DNA from: Lysobacterales bacterium | GTDB lineage: Bacteria > Pseudomonadota > Gammaproteobacteria > Xanthomonadales > SZUA-5 | DNA: 64,000 nucleotides | Direction of reading: 5' to 3' | Assembly (NCBI GenBank): GCA_022844135.1 | Contig: JALHMG010000028.1 | Span: 12,875 to 76,874, forward strand | In this document: positions 23,745 through 33,762 of the stretch, one piece after another | Position numbering within the stretch: position 1 is the first letter of the stretch | Layout of the letters: each line of letters opens with the position of its first letter | Translations under genes and position numbers: made by a program | Notes under the pieces: model-generated | What the model was told of the DNA's origin: nothing | What the model saw: only the letters and a program-made list of their open reading frames with translations | Databases searched by the model: none

Positions 23745-23950
23745 AAGCGAGGGCACGAGAGCACGAGGGCACGAGGGCACGTGCTTCGTTCAAGATGATG
23801 GCATGAGCTACTTCTCGAACTATCGGCGCCAAAACTCTGCTTCTTTCGCCTGTAACCGGTGAACCAAGGCGATGGTTCAATCGGCACGAACCCTAAGCAC
23901 CTCGAACGAAGCACGTGCCCTCGTGCCCTCGTGCCCTCATGCCCTCGCTC
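23745..23950. repeat. Large inverted repeat (~50-bp arms built from tandem GGGCACGA-like octamers) flanking a ~100-bp spacer, between fumA and greB
   Basis: AGCGAGGGCACGAGAGCACGAGGGCACGAGGGCACGTGCTTCGTTCAAG at ~23745-23795 is the reverse complement of CTCGAACGAAGCACGTGCCCTCGTGCCCTCGTGCCCTCATGCCCTCGCT at ~23900-23950. Confidence 0.55.
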
Positions 23951-23983
23951 TTTCGACACTGACTCACTGAAGGAGCTGCCCAT

Positions 23984-25498
23984 CTATGCAACAACCACGG
24001 GAATCTTGCCGATCTTGGCCTGCCATTGCCTGGGGCCGGTCTCATGCACCGACTCGCCGTGGCTGTCGACGGCCACCGTAACCGGCATATCGCGCACGTC
24101 GAACTCGTAGATCGCTTCCATCCCCAAGTCCTCAAAGGCGAGCACACGCGCGCCCTTGATCGCTTTGGACACCAGGTACGCTGCGCCGCCGACGGCCATC
24201 AAATAGACAGCGCCGAATTCCCGGATCGCAGCGACTGCCGCAGGACCGCGTTCGGCCTTGCCGACCATGCCCAGCAGGCCGGTTTTTTCGAGCAGCGTGC
24301 GTGTGAATTTGTCCATGCGCGTGGCGGTCGTCGGACCGGCCGGACCGACGACTTCATCGCGCACCGGATCCACCGGTCCAACGTAATAGATGAAGCGACC
24401 GGTAAAATCGACGGGCAGCGTCTCGCCACGATTCAGCATATCGATCATGCGCTTGTGAGCCGCATCGCGCCCGGTCAAGAGCTTGCCGGAGAGCAGAATT
24501 ACCTCGCCGGGCAGGAAGCTGGCCACTTCCTCGCGGGTGATCGTGTCGAGATTGACGCGCCGGCCTTTGGACGTGTCGTAGGTCAACTTAGGCCACGCAT
24601 CCAGCGAGGGCGGTTCGAGCATCACCGGGCCGGAGCCGTCGAGCACGAAGTGCGCATGCCGAGTCGCAGCACAGTTCGGGATGATCGCCACGGGAAGGTT
24701 TGCGGCGTGGGTTGGGTAATCCTTGACTTTGATGTCCAGCACGGTGGTCAGTCCACCCAGGCCTTGTGCGCCGATACCGAGCGCATTGACCTTTTCGTAA
24801 AGCTCCAGGCGCAGCTCTTCGGTGCGATTGCTCGCGCCGCGTGCTTGCAAGTCCTGGATATCGATAGGTTCCATCAGCGCTTCTTTGGCCAGCAACATGG
24901 CCTTCTCTGCGGTGCCGCCGATGCCGATGCCGAGCATGCCCGGCGGACACCAGCCGGCACCCATGGTTGGCACTGTCTTCAAGACCCAATCGACGATCGA
25001 ATCAGATGGGTTCAGCATCGCGAATTTGGATTTCGCTTCCGACCCGCCGCCCTTGGCTGCCACCGTCACATCGACGGTATCGCCCGGCACGATCGAAACA
25101 TTGATCACCGCTGGGGTGTTGTCTTTGGTATTGCTGCGCTTGCCGGCCGGATCGGCAAGCACGCTGGCACGCAGCTTGTTGTCGGGATGGTTGTACGCGC
25201 GACGCACACCCTCATTGACCATGTCGTCCAGCGATAGCGTTGCATCCCAGCGCACGCCCATCCCGACCTTGAGAAACACCGTGACAATGCCGGTGTCCTG
25301 GCAGATCGGCCGATGCCCTTCGGCGCACATTCGCGAATTGATCAGGATCTGAGCGATCGCATCGCGCGCTGCGGGCGATGCTTCGCGCTCGTAAGCGGCA
25401 GCGAGGTTGGTGATGTAGTCCTCGGGGTGGTAGTAGCTGATGTACTGCAAAGCATCGGCGATGCTCTGGATCAAATCGTCTTGGCGGATAGTCGTCAT
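23984..25498 (-). CDS. fumA: Class I fumarate hydratase (FumA/FumB type). The real gene is the C-terminal ~504 aa of the 947-aa track ORF.
   Basis: MTTIRQDDLIQSIADALQYISYYHPEDYITNLAAAYEREASPAARDAIAQIL... and the C-terminal catalytic domain are typical of the Fe-S class I fumarase. ATG at ~25496-25498. Confidence 0.9.
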   Translation of the reverse strand: MTTIRQDDLIQSIADALQYISYYHPEDYITNLAAAYEREASPAARDAIAQILINSRMCAEGHRPICQDTGIVTVFLKVGMGVRWDATLSLDDMVNEGVRRAYNHPDNKLRASVLADPAGKRSNTKDNTPAVINVSIVPGDTVDVTVAAKGGGSEAKSKFAMLNPSDSIVDWVLKTVPTMGAGWCPPGMLGIGIGGTAEKAMLLAKEALMEPIDIQDLQARGASNRTEELRLELYEKVNALGIGAQGLGGLTTVLDIKVKDYPTHAANLPVAIIPNCAATRHAHFVLDGSGPVMLEPPSLDAWPKLTYDTSKGRRVNLDTITREEVASFLPGEVILLSGKLLTGRDAAHKRMIDMLNRGETLPVDFTGRFIYYVGPVDPVRDEVVGPAGPTTATRMDKFTRTLLEKTGLLGMVGKAERGPAAVAAIREFGAVYLMAVGGAAYLVSKAIKGARVLAFEDLGMEAIYEFDVRDMPVTVAVDSHGESVHETGPRQWQAKIGKIPVVVA

Positions 25499-25630
25499 GT
25501 CGAAGATGGTGATCGGGGCTGCGCTAAGTTTAGCCCAGGCTTGCCCTGCTCTCGTCGGCACACGAATAGAATGCGCGCAAGCTAACGCATATGGGCTAAC
25601 CTTGTCCTGTCGCCTTGCAACTAAGCATCT

Positions 25631-26263
25631 ATGACCGAAGACCTGCTGTTGACTCCTTCTGAAGCCCGCGTGCTCGGCGTGCTGATCGAAAAAGCCGCCA
25701 CGACACCGGACCAATATCCACTCACTGCCAACGCCGTTATGGTCGGCGCCAACCAGAAGACGAGCCGTGAACCGGTGATGGAGATGGAGCTCGGCGAAGT
25801 CGGCCACGCATTGCGAACGCTGGAGGACAAAAAGCTGGTGCGCGTGCAGCATTCTTCGCGCGCCTATCGCTACGAGTATCGCGTCGACGACAGTTTCCAG
25901 CTCACGCCGCCGCAGCGCGCGGTGTTGTGCGTGCTGATGCTGCGCAGCGCGCAAACCGCCGGTGAGATCTTCACGCGCAGCGATCGCATCGGCAAATTCA
26001 CCGACATCGAGCAGGTCAAGGACACGCTTGATCGCCTCAGCCGTCGTCAACCGGCGCTGGTTGTTCGCTTGCCCAAGCAGCCGGGACAACGGGAGGAGCG
26101 CTACATGCACCTGTTGTGCGGCGCAGCGTTCGCCGAGAAGGCAGCCAGCGCGGTCCGCTTTGAGGATGCGCCCGTATCGAGCGATCTGGCGGCACGCGTC
26201 GCGGCGCTGGAGAACGAGGTCGCCGAGCTGCGCGCACGACTGGATGCGCTGACCACGGGCTGA
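25631..26263 (+). CDS. YceH-like (DUF480/UPF0502) family protein
   Basis: LTPSEARVLGVLIEKAATTPDQYPLTANAVMVGANQKTSREPVMEM...ERYMHLLCG matches the YceH-family pattern, and it has a C-terminal coiled-coil. Confidence 0.75.
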   Translation: MTEDLLLTPSEARVLGVLIEKAATTPDQYPLTANAVMVGANQKTSREPVMEMELGEVGHALRTLEDKKLVRVQHSSRAYRYEYRVDDSFQLTPPQRAVLCVLMLRSAQTAGEIFTRSDRIGKFTDIEQVKDTLDRLSRRQPALVVRLPKQPGQREERYMHLLCGAAFAEKAASAVRFEDAPVSSDLAARVAALENEVAELRARLDALTTG

Positions 26264-26363
26264 ACGAGATTGACCAGGCGTCGCCAGCGCCGCCTGGCTT
26301 TCACACGATTCACGCGTGGCGCGATGGTATGACCTGCTGCCTCGAACAGCCACAGGTTTTGCC

Positions 26364-28532
26364 ATGCGTCGACTTGCCCTGCCCTTCGCGATCGCGTTCG
26401 CCCTCGCGGCCTGCTCTGAACCCGCCTCGCAACAGCCAAGCCCAGTCACAGGCTCCGACGCGCCGGCAGCTTCCGCCGATGTTGCTGCCAGCCCGTTCAA
26501 CGCGCCGTGGACGACGCCCTTTGGTGCCATCCCGTTCAAGTCGATCCAGGCCAGCCACCTGCCGACGTCGCTCGACAAGGCGATGAGCGAACAGCTGCAG
26601 GCGATTGCGGCGATCACGGCAAACACCGAGTCGCCTTCGATCGACAACACGATGGTTCCGCTCGAACGGTCGTTCGAGCCGCTGCGCCGTGTCATGTCCG
26701 TGTACGGCGTTTTCATCAGCAACTTAAGCAACGACGAAGTGCGCAAGATCGAATCTGAGTACGCGCCGAAACTGGCGGCGCACCAGAACGCAATTCTGCT
26801 CGACGCCAAGTTGTTCGAACGAATCAAGGCGCTGGATGCGCAGAAGAATTCGTTGGATGCAGAAAGCGCGCGACTGGTCGATCAAACCCTGGCGCGCATG
26901 GTGCGTTCCGGTGCCGCGCTGGATGAAGCGACACGCACGCAGGTTGCGGCTTTGACCGAGCAAGAAGCCAAGTTGCAGACCCAGTTCAACCAGAACCTCC
27001 TCAAGGACACCGAGGCCTTCGTCCTGGAGCTGGAGGAAACCGACCTCGACGGCATACCCCAGGGCATCCGATTGAGCGCTGGCCAGACGGCCGCCGATCG
27101 CGGCAAAGCCGGCAAATTTGTCTTTACGCTGCAGCGACCGGATTACGAAGCGTTCATGACTTACTCTACGCGCCGCGATTTGCGCGAGCGCTTCTTCAAC
27201 GCCTTTATCAATCGCGGCAACAACGGCAACGAGTTCGACAATAACGCCATTGTTCGCGACCTCGTCAAGTTACGCGCCGAGCGCGCCGAGTTGTTGGGTT
27301 TTGCCAACCATGCTGAACTGACCACTTTCGACAGCATGGCGAAGACCGCCGACGCCGCTTTGCAATTGATGGAGCGCGTCTGGGCACCGGCTCTGACGCA
27401 GGCCAGGCTCGACCGCGACGCGTTGCAGCAGCTCATGAACGCCGAGGGCATCGAAGGCCCACTGCAAGGCTGGGACTGGCGCTACTATGCTGAGCGCGTG
27501 CGCAACGAACGCTTCGCGCTCGATCCCGCCGTTGTTGCGCCGTTCTTCGGGCTCGACAACATGTTGCAGGCCGCGTTCGCAGTCAGCACTCGACTGTTCG
27601 GCGTGCGCTTCGAAGAGCGCGACGACATTGAGGTTTACCACGACGATGTGCGCGCCTTCGAGGTCCTCGACGCCGCCGGCCAGCACGTGGGACTTTTTTA
27701 CTTCGATCCCTTCGCGCGTCAGGGCAAACGCAGCGGCGCATGGATGGCGAATTACCGGCCGCAGAACAATTTGGACGGCGATGTACGGCCGCAGGTGGTC
27801 AACAATCTGAATATCGCCAAGCCACCGGCCGGCAAGCCGGCGTTGATTTCGATTACGGAGGCGATCACGCTGTTCCATGAACTTGGCCATGGACTGCATG
27901 GCCTTCTGTCGAACGTGAAATATCCGAGCTTGTCGGGCACTGCAGTTCCCCGCGATTACGTCGAGTTCCCGGCGCAGTTCATGGAGCACTACGTGCTGCA
28001 GCCACAGGTGCTGCGCGAATTCGCCAAGCATGTTGAGACTGGCGAGGCGATGCCCGATGAATTGATCGAGAAAATCAACCAGGCAGAAACCTTCAACCAG
28101 GGTTTCGCCACAGTCGAGTTCCTGGCGTCGGGACTGGTCGACCATCGCTTTCATCGCCTTGGCGCAGCGGAAGCGGCGAACGTCGATCCGCAGGCCTTCG
28201 AGCGCGATGCATTGACCGCTATCGGCGCCATTCCGGAGATTCCGATGCGCCATCGCACGTCGCATTTTTCGCACGTGTTCGGCGGCGGTTACTCTGCCGC
28301 GTACTATGCCTACATGTGGAGCGAAGTACTCGACTCCGACGGCTTCGCAGCGATGGAAGAAACCGGCGACATCTTCCATCCGGAAGTGGCCAAACGGCTC
28401 AAGGACTGGGTTTACACGCGCGGCAACACCATCGACTGGTCCGAAGGTTATCGAGGTTTTCGCGGCAAGGACCCCACGGTAGACGCTTTGCTTCGCAACC
28501 GCGGCCTGATCGACGATTCGACCGGCTCTTAA
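26364..28532 (+). CDS. dcp: M3-family zinc metallopeptidase (peptidyl-dipeptidase Dcp / oligopeptidase A-like); lipoprotein-type signal (…FALAACSEP)
   Basis: It has the HELGHGLHG zinc-binding motif and is about 720 aa. The track ORF starts 16 codons upstream at 26316. Confidence 0.85.
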   Translation: MRRLALPFAIAFALAACSEPASQQPSPVTGSDAPAASADVAASPFNAPWTTPFGAIPFKSIQASHLPTSLDKAMSEQLQAIAAITANTESPSIDNTMVPLERSFEPLRRVMSVYGVFISNLSNDEVRKIESEYAPKLAAHQNAILLDAKLFERIKALDAQKNSLDAESARLVDQTLARMVRSGAALDEATRTQVAALTEQEAKLQTQFNQNLLKDTEAFVLELEETDLDGIPQGIRLSAGQTAADRGKAGKFVFTLQRPDYEAFMTYSTRRDLRERFFNAFINRGNNGNEFDNNAIVRDLVKLRAERAELLGFANHAELTTFDSMAKTADAALQLMERVWAPALTQARLDRDALQQLMNAEGIEGPLQGWDWRYYAERVRNERFALDPAVVAPFFGLDNMLQAAFAVSTRLFGVRFEERDDIEVYHDDVRAFEVLDAAGQHVGLFYFDPFARQGKRSGAWMANYRPQNNLDGDVRPQVVNNLNIAKPPAGKPALISITEAITLFHELGHGLHGLLSNVKYPSLSGTAVPRDYVEFPAQFMEHYVLQPQVLREFAKHVETGEAMPDELIEKINQAETFNQGFATVEFLASGLVDHRFHRLGAAEAANVDPQAFERDALTAIGAIPEIPMRHRTSHFSHVFGGGYSAAYYAYMWSEVLDSDGFAAMEETGDIFHPEVAKRLKDWVYTRGNTIDWSEGYRGFRGKDPTVDALLRNRGLIDDSTGS

Positions 28533-28901
28533 GCGTTCGGCAAGCGCTCGTCGCGATCAACGTATCGCGGCGGGCGCTCCTTGCACCTCAGCGCAATTTT
28601 GCGGCGACTATTGAGGCGAGCCGATTATTCGTCAACTGAAGCGGTGGCGGGGGCGGGGGTCGCAGGCCGAGATGGACACCTTCGTAAGCACTTCCCTGCG
28701 TCTGCCAGGGCTACCATCGGCACATACGAAAAGTGTGGCCCTTGCCCCACGCCCCCCGCCCCGTCGCTGAACTCGATCGCCGGATCATTCTGGCCGCAAT
28801 AACGCGCGCCAGTGCTACCAACGCTCGCCCTCGCATTTTGCTCACGTCTACTGAGCCGCTGCTCGCTATGCTCGCTCTACGGTTGTCTTGAGGGCGCTGC
28901 G

Positions 28902-30116
28902 ATGCGACTGCTCACATTACTTGCTTGCCTTGTGGTGCACGCGGCCAGCGCGCAAACCTATTCGTTCCAGCTGCAGGCGCGAACCAATCTGCTGGTCAAC
29001 GACAACGGTTTCAACCTTCCGCCCGGCGCCAGCTTCAATTCGATCAGCGCACATTTGAACGATGCTCGGCAGGTCACGTTTCGCGTCCAGGTGATACCCG
29101 GCACCAGTGCCGAGGGCGTGTGGTTTGGCGCAAATGGCGCTGGACAGCTTGTTTGCTTTGGAGAAAACAATCTCGATGCCGTACTTTCCGACCCCAGGAT
29201 CAACGGTCTCGGGCTCATCGTTTACAAGCAAAGCTTCGGCACCATCAACGGCGTGTTTCGATGCGATCCGACGATACCCAGCGCAACGCGGCTGACCACC
29301 GGTCCGCTCGGAGCCACAGACTGGGGTTCGCCCGATCACAACGATGCTGGCGAAATCGGCTATCGCGCTGGGTTTGCCGGGCCACAAGCCTGGGTATCGA
29401 GAAGCACGACGGGTCAGTTCGCAACGCACGTCGCCGACCTCAACGCCGATGTTGCAAGTCCCTACGACTTTCTCTTCAGCCCGGCCTTTAGTCCTGACCG
29501 CCGTCTTGCCGGTGTGTTGCGCCGCGCCGCGGCAAATGGCAATCCGCAATCGACCGAACTGCGGATCGTCGCAGCCGACGGCAACAGCATTCTGATCGCG
29601 CGCGATCGAATCGCCGATCCGCTCAGTCCTATTGCCAGCTTTGATTCCACGGCGCCGGCCATCAACGCCAGCGGCCATATGGCCTTTATCGCCAGCCTGT
29701 TCGGCGGCGGGCGAGCAGTGTTCCGCGGGAATGGCGGAGATCTCGTCGAGATTGCACGCACTGGAAGCGCGGGAGTGACCACGCTAGATGCTTTTGGTCC
29801 GGCTATTGATGGCCAGAACCGCGTCGTGTTTCGCGGCCGCGATGCCAACGGCCGAGCGCTTTTTGTCGGCGATGGCGCCAGCGTGCGAAGAATCATCGGC
29901 ATCGGCAATCGTGTGACGACGGATCTTGGGCTCGCTCAGCTCGGTCAGAACGATAACAGCGAGATATTCTCCGGACGACCGAACGTCAACACCGCTGGCG
30001 ACATCGCTTTCGTCGCCGCTTTGCACCCCGACGGTAACAACCAGATCGAATGGGGCAGCGGCGTTTTCGTTGCTCGCATCGACGCCGACTTTCTGTACGC
30101 GAACGGCTTCGAGTAA
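28902..30116 (+). CDS. Secreted protein with NxxGxxAF-type (choice-of-anchor-like) tandem repeats; the likely start is MRLLTLLACLVVHAASAQ (the track ORF starts at 28812)
   Basis: It has recurrent motifs LNDARQVTFRV, INASGHMAFIA, IDGQNRVVFRG and VNTAGDIAFVA, plus a signal peptide. Confidence 0.5.
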   Translation: MRLLTLLACLVVHAASAQTYSFQLQARTNLLVNDNGFNLPPGASFNSISAHLNDARQVTFRVQVIPGTSAEGVWFGANGAGQLVCFGENNLDAVLSDPRINGLGLIVYKQSFGTINGVFRCDPTIPSATRLTTGPLGATDWGSPDHNDAGEIGYRAGFAGPQAWVSRSTTGQFATHVADLNADVASPYDFLFSPAFSPDRRLAGVLRRAAANGNPQSTELRIVAADGNSILIARDRIADPLSPIASFDSTAPAINASGHMAFIASLFGGGRAVFRGNGGDLVEIARTGSAGVTTLDAFGPAIDGQNRVVFRGRDANGRALFVGDGASVRRIIGIGNRVTTDLGLAQLGQNDNSEIFSGRPNVNTAGDIAFVAALHPDGNNQIEWGSGVFVARIDADFLYANGFE

Positions 30117-30289
30117 CAGACCGTGTTGCTAAGCAGGACGATGTTGTGCGGATCTGAATCGGCGCAACGGCGTTCGTTAGTTTTTGCTTCGGATTCCGTT
30201 AGCGCTTAGCGATTTCGCAAGTTTGACCTAAGCCTGACTTAAGACTGTCCGCCTAAGGTTGCAACCGTGTTCCATCAACGCGGTGAATC

Positions 30290-30859
30290 ATGGACGGCAG
30301 TTCTTGGGAATCTTCGGTGCGCCTGATAGGCGTCTCCGATCGGCATCGCAACGCCGCCGAGGCGTTCGTGCGCGAACGATTTGCGTCAGCGTTCGGCGCG
30401 CAAGTACGAGAACTGATGCCGAATCTGCTGGTTAGTTTCGACGAACACGGCAAGCTTGCCGCATGCGTCGGCTATCGGGCGGCGGGGCATTCGCCGTTAT
30501 TCCTGGAGCAGTATCTCGATGGCCCGATCGAGGCCGAACTGGGCGCGCGCTTCGACACCACCATCGATCGTCGTCGTATTGTCGAAATCGGCCACTTCAG
30601 TGGACTCGATGCCGGACGCGGGCGCCGACTCATCGCACCGCTGCTGACACATCTGGCGCGTAACGAGCTCGATTGGCTGGTGTTCACCGCCACTCGCTCA
30701 TTGCGCAACCTGTTCATGCGCCTTCAGCTTCAGCCAGTCCCCTTGGCTGCCGCGCGCGCCAGCAGCGTAGCCGCGCCTGAAACCTGGGGCCGCTACTACG
30801 ACGACGAACCCTGGGTCATGGGTGGTCCCTTGTCGTGGTCGCGAGGCCTTGGCGCGTGA
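30290..30859 (+). CDS. Thermostable-hemolysin (delta-VPH) family protein: a GNAT-fold, N-acyltransferase-like small protein
   Basis: 189 aa. I recognise the family by its overall pattern (...LLVSFDEHGKLAACVGYRAAGHSPLFLEQYLD...IVEIGHFSG...). It is the first gene of a tightly overlapping five-gene operon. Confidence 0.55.
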   Translation: MDGSSWESSVRLIGVSDRHRNAAEAFVRERFASAFGAQVRELMPNLLVSFDEHGKLAACVGYRAAGHSPLFLEQYLDGPIEAELGARFDTTIDRRRIVEIGHFSGLDAGRGRRLIAPLLTHLARNELDWLVFTATRSLRNLFMRLQLQPVPLAAARASSVAAPETWGRYYDDEPWVMGGPLSWSRGLGA

Positions 30860-32298
30860 GTAAGGTTCTCGACGCTCTGTCCGATCTGGCGCGCTCGCAC
30901 CCGCAAGCCGAACTGTTGATCGCCGAACGCGCATTGACCGCTGCCGCCGCAAAGGACGCCGTCGCCAGAATGACAGATGCTCTGGTACGCCAGGGCGCTA
31001 AGCGCGTAGCGGCTGCGCTCGACAACGGCGTACCGGCGGTGGTGCTCGATCTGGCCTGCCGCGCCGCTGGCATACCGTTGCTGCCATTGCCAGGCTTCTT
31101 CACCGCATCCCAGCGTGGGCATGCGCTGCAGGATGCCGGCATCGACACGGTAGTCAGCGGCGAGGGCGAGCATGACCTGGGTTTGGGGTTGAAGCTGCAT
31201 CGTTTACCGCAACGGCACGTTTCGCTGCACGAAGGAACCGCCGTCATTACCTACACATCCGGAAGCACAGGCGCCCCCAAAGGTGTGTGCCTGGCGGGAG
31301 ACCATCTTGATCGCGTGGCGTCGAGCCTGGTGATGGCGCTGGGTGCGGCTGCGCCGCGACGGCACTTGGCGCTGTTGCCGCTTGGCGTGCTGCTTGAAGC
31401 TGTCGCTGGCGTGTCCGCGGGACTGCTCGCTGGGGCGCAAATTCTTTTGCCGTCGTTGAGCGATATCGGCTGGCGCGGTGCGGCTGCGATCGACGGCTTG
31501 GCGCTTGCCCGCTGTATCGACCGCCATGCGCCGGAGAGTTTGATTCTCGTACCGCAGATGCTGCGCGCATGGCTCGACGCGCTCGATGCCGGCGCGTCTC
31601 TGCCGCGCAGCTTGCGATTCTGCGCTGTGGGTGGCGCACGAGTCGGCAGCGCCTTGCTGGCGCGCGCTGCAGCCCGAGGGATTCCCTTGTTCGAGGGCTA
31701 CGGTTTGAGCGAATGCGCCTCGGTGCTGAGCCTGAACGTGCCGGGCGCTTCGCGGTCGGGCAGCGTCGGTCGGGGTTTGGCGCACACGCGCCTGGTCGTG
31801 GAGAACGATGAGATCGTCGCGCTGGGACCGCAATTTCTGGGCTACGTGGGCAGTCCGGCTTCAAATACTCAGCGCTATGCCACGGGCGATCTCGGCCGGA
31901 TCGACAGCGACGGATTCGTCCACCTCGCAGGTCGCCGCGGCCATCGTTTCATTACTGCGTTTGGACGCAACGTGTCGCCCGAGTGGATCGAAAGCGAGTT
32001 GGCGGCGCACCCGCTGATTGCACAGGCATTCGTCGATGGCGAAGCGCGCGCCGCGAACGTCGCTGTGATTGTGCCGCGCGCCGGAATTGGCGAGCGCAGC
32101 GTCGATCAGGCCGTGGCAAGCGTCAACGAAGGCTTGCCCGATTACGCTCGCGCGCACTGCTGGCTGCTGGCCGACGAGGCTTTCGGTGTCGGCAATGGCG
32201 AGGCAACCGCCAACGGCCGGCTGCGTCGCGGCGTCATCTTAGGGCGCTATCGCCAGCGCATCGACCAACTATCCCCCGCCACCCAGGAGACTGCATGA
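30856..32298 (+). CDS. Acyl-AMP/acyl-CoA ligase (adenylate-forming AMP-binding enzyme); the putative GTG start overlaps the upstream stop (GTGA)
   Basis: It has the AMP-binding signature ITYTSGSTGAPKGV and C-terminal YATGDLGRIDSDGFVHLAGRRGH (the YRTGDL-like motif). The track ORF starts at 30835. Confidence 0.8.
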   Translation: MSKVLDALSDLARSHPQAELLIAERALTAAAAKDAVARMTDALVRQGAKRVAAALDNGVPAVVLDLACRAAGIPLLPLPGFFTASQRGHALQDAGIDTVVSGEGEHDLGLGLKLHRLPQRHVSLHEGTAVITYTSGSTGAPKGVCLAGDHLDRVASSLVMALGAAAPRRHLALLPLGVLLEAVAGVSAGLLAGAQILLPSLSDIGWRGAAAIDGLALARCIDRHAPESLILVPQMLRAWLDALDAGASLPRSLRFCAVGGARVGSALLARAAARGIPLFEGYGLSECASVLSLNVPGASRSGSVGRGLAHTRLVVENDEIVALGPQFLGYVGSPASNTQRYATGDLGRIDSDGFVHLAGRRGHRFITAFGRNVSPEWIESELAAHPLIAQAFVDGEARAANVAVIVPRAGIGERSVDQAVASVNEGLPDYARAHCWLLADEAFGVGNGEATANGRLRRGVILGRYRQRIDQLSPATQETA

Positions 32299-32972
32299 GT
32301 TTCTACGCCCATTTGCTGGCTGCGACGTCGAGCGAGCGCGATGCTTTGTTGGCATTGCCGATTCTGCGCGATGCGCTGGCCGGACGCGTCACGCTCGACG
32401 AGTATCGACGCTTTCTTGGCCAAGCCTACCACCACGTTGCCCACACGGTGCCGCTGCTGATGGCCTGCGGCGGCCGCCTGCCATCGCGGCTGGAATGGCT
32501 GCGCGAGGCGGTGGCCGAGTACATCGAAGAGGAGCTGGGCCACCAGCGCTGGATTCTCGACGACATTCGCGCCGCCGGCGGGGATGCCGATGAGGTCGCA
32601 AGCGGCACGCCATTGCCAGAAACCGAGCTCATGGTGGCGTACGCCTACGACAGCATCGCTCGCGGCAATCCAGTGGCGTTCTTCGGCATGGTGTTGGTGC
32701 TCGAAGGCACCAGCGTCGCCTTGGCCACGCAAGCGGCCGGCAGTCTGCAACAGAGCCTTTGTCTGCCGCGGAGCGCCTTTCGCTATCTCGGCTCGCATGG
32801 CCAGCTTGATCAGGCGCACGTCGGCTTCTACGCAAGCCTGATGGATCGACTGGACGACGAACACGATCGCCGCGCCGTGGTTCACGCAGCGCGCATGTTC
32901 TACCGGTTGTATGCCTCGGTCTTTCAAGCTTTACGCCCTGCCCTCCCCAACGCATTCGCAAAGGCCGCCTGA
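32295..32972 (+). CDS. TenA/PqqC-like heme-oxygenase-fold protein (a candidate heme-oxygenase-like di-iron oxidase)
   Basis: ATG at 32295 overlaps the ligase stop (ATGA). MSFYAHLLAATSSERDALLALPILRDALAG...AEYIEEELGHQRWILDDI... has the all-alpha TenA/PqqC pattern with E...ExxH-like carboxylate/His motifs. The track ORF (31983-32972) is over-extended upstream. Confidence 0.6.
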   Translation: MSFYAHLLAATSSERDALLALPILRDALAGRVTLDEYRRFLGQAYHHVAHTVPLLMACGGRLPSRLEWLREAVAEYIEEELGHQRWILDDIRAAGGDADEVASGTPLPETELMVAYAYDSIARGNPVAFFGMVLVLEGTSVALATQAAGSLQQSLCLPRSAFRYLGSHGQLDQAHVGFYASLMDRLDDEHDRRAVVHAARMFYRLYASVFQALRPALPNAFAKAA

Positions 32973-33757
32973 TGCACCTCAACCACAAAACCTTCCTGAT
33001 CACTGGAGCAAGCGGTGGAATCGGCAGCGCTCTGGCGCATGCGCTGGTCGCCGCTGGCGCCAACGTGTTGGTCCATGGCCGCGATGAGCAGCGCTTGCAT
33101 ACGCTGCTACGGGCATTGCCGACCGGCACGCCGGCGGTATTGGCTGACCTTGCAACCGCAGACGGACGCGACACGCTCGCGGCTTTCGCCCGCGGCCACA
33201 AGGCGCTCGATGGCGCCGTGCTGAATGCCGCCAGCGGCCATTTCGGTCCGTTCGAAGAGATGACCGGCGAGGAGATCGAACGCGTCCTGACGACCGATTT
33301 GTTATCGCCGTTACTGTTGACCAGGGCCCTGCTGCCGCTATTGCGCCGCCGCGTCGATAGCGCGCTGGTGCTCATCGGATCGACGCTCGGACGCATCGGC
33401 CATCCCGGCTTTGCCGTATATGGCGCCGCAAAGGGCGGACTGCACACCTTCGCCGAAGCGCTCGGGCGCGAGTTCGACAGCGCCGGTCCGCGCGTATTGC
33501 ACGTAGCGCCCCGAGCAACGCGAACGGCAATGAACGATGGCGCAGCGCGCGCGATGAATGCTGCGCTGAAAGTCAGCGAGGACCCTCCCGAGCGCGTGGC
33601 TGCGGCAATCGTGACGGCACTCAAGCGCGACGCCCGGCGCGTTCAGATCGGCGCGCCGGAGAAGATCTTTGTGCGCATGAATGCGCTGCTGCCCGGCGTG
33701 GTCGACCGCGCGTTGGCGGGCAAACGCGACACCATTATGAAATTCGCTTCCACCTGA
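32972..33757 (+). CDS. Short-chain dehydrogenase/reductase (SDR)
   Basis: TGASGGIGSALAHALVAAGANVLVHGRD is the Rossmann motif TGxxxGIG. The ATG overlaps the upstream TGA by 1 nt. Confidence 0.8.
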   Translation: MHLNHKTFLITGASGGIGSALAHALVAAGANVLVHGRDEQRLHTLLRALPTGTPAVLADLATADGRDTLAAFARGHKALDGAVLNAASGHFGPFEEMTGEEIERVLTTDLLSPLLLTRALLPLLRRRVDSALVLIGSTLGRIGHPGFAVYGAAKGGLHTFAEALGREFDSAGPRVLHVAPRATRTAMNDGAARAMNAALKVSEDPPERVAAAIVTALKRDARRVQIGAPEKIFVRMNALLPGVVDRALAGKRDTIMKFAST

Positions 33758-33762
33758 AGCCA

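Noticed and set aside
24026-25237. 403-aa plus-strand ORF
   Set aside because: Antisense to fumA.
25499-26827. N-terminal 440 aa of the 947-aa minus-strand ORF upstream of the fumarase
   Set aside because: The genuine FumA starts at MTTIRQDD (~25498). The upstream extension is antisense to the yceH-like and dcp genes and has junk composition.
27270-28379. 369-aa minus-strand ORF
   Set aside because: Antisense to dcp.
28630-28770. G-rich/C-rich mirror repeat (GGCGGGGGCGGGGG ... CCCCCCGCCCC) downstream of dcp as a regulatory element
   Set aside because: The two arms are complementary without inversion, so this is a mirror repeat rather than a hairpin. G-quadruplex or H-DNA formation is possible in principle, but in a 66% GC genome such runs are common, so the evidence is weak.
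31983-32294. Upstream 104 codons of the 329-aa track ORF for the TenA-like gene
   Set aside because: This part overlaps the ligase gene in another frame and is Arg-rich. The ATG at 32295 with an ATGA overlap is the sensible start.
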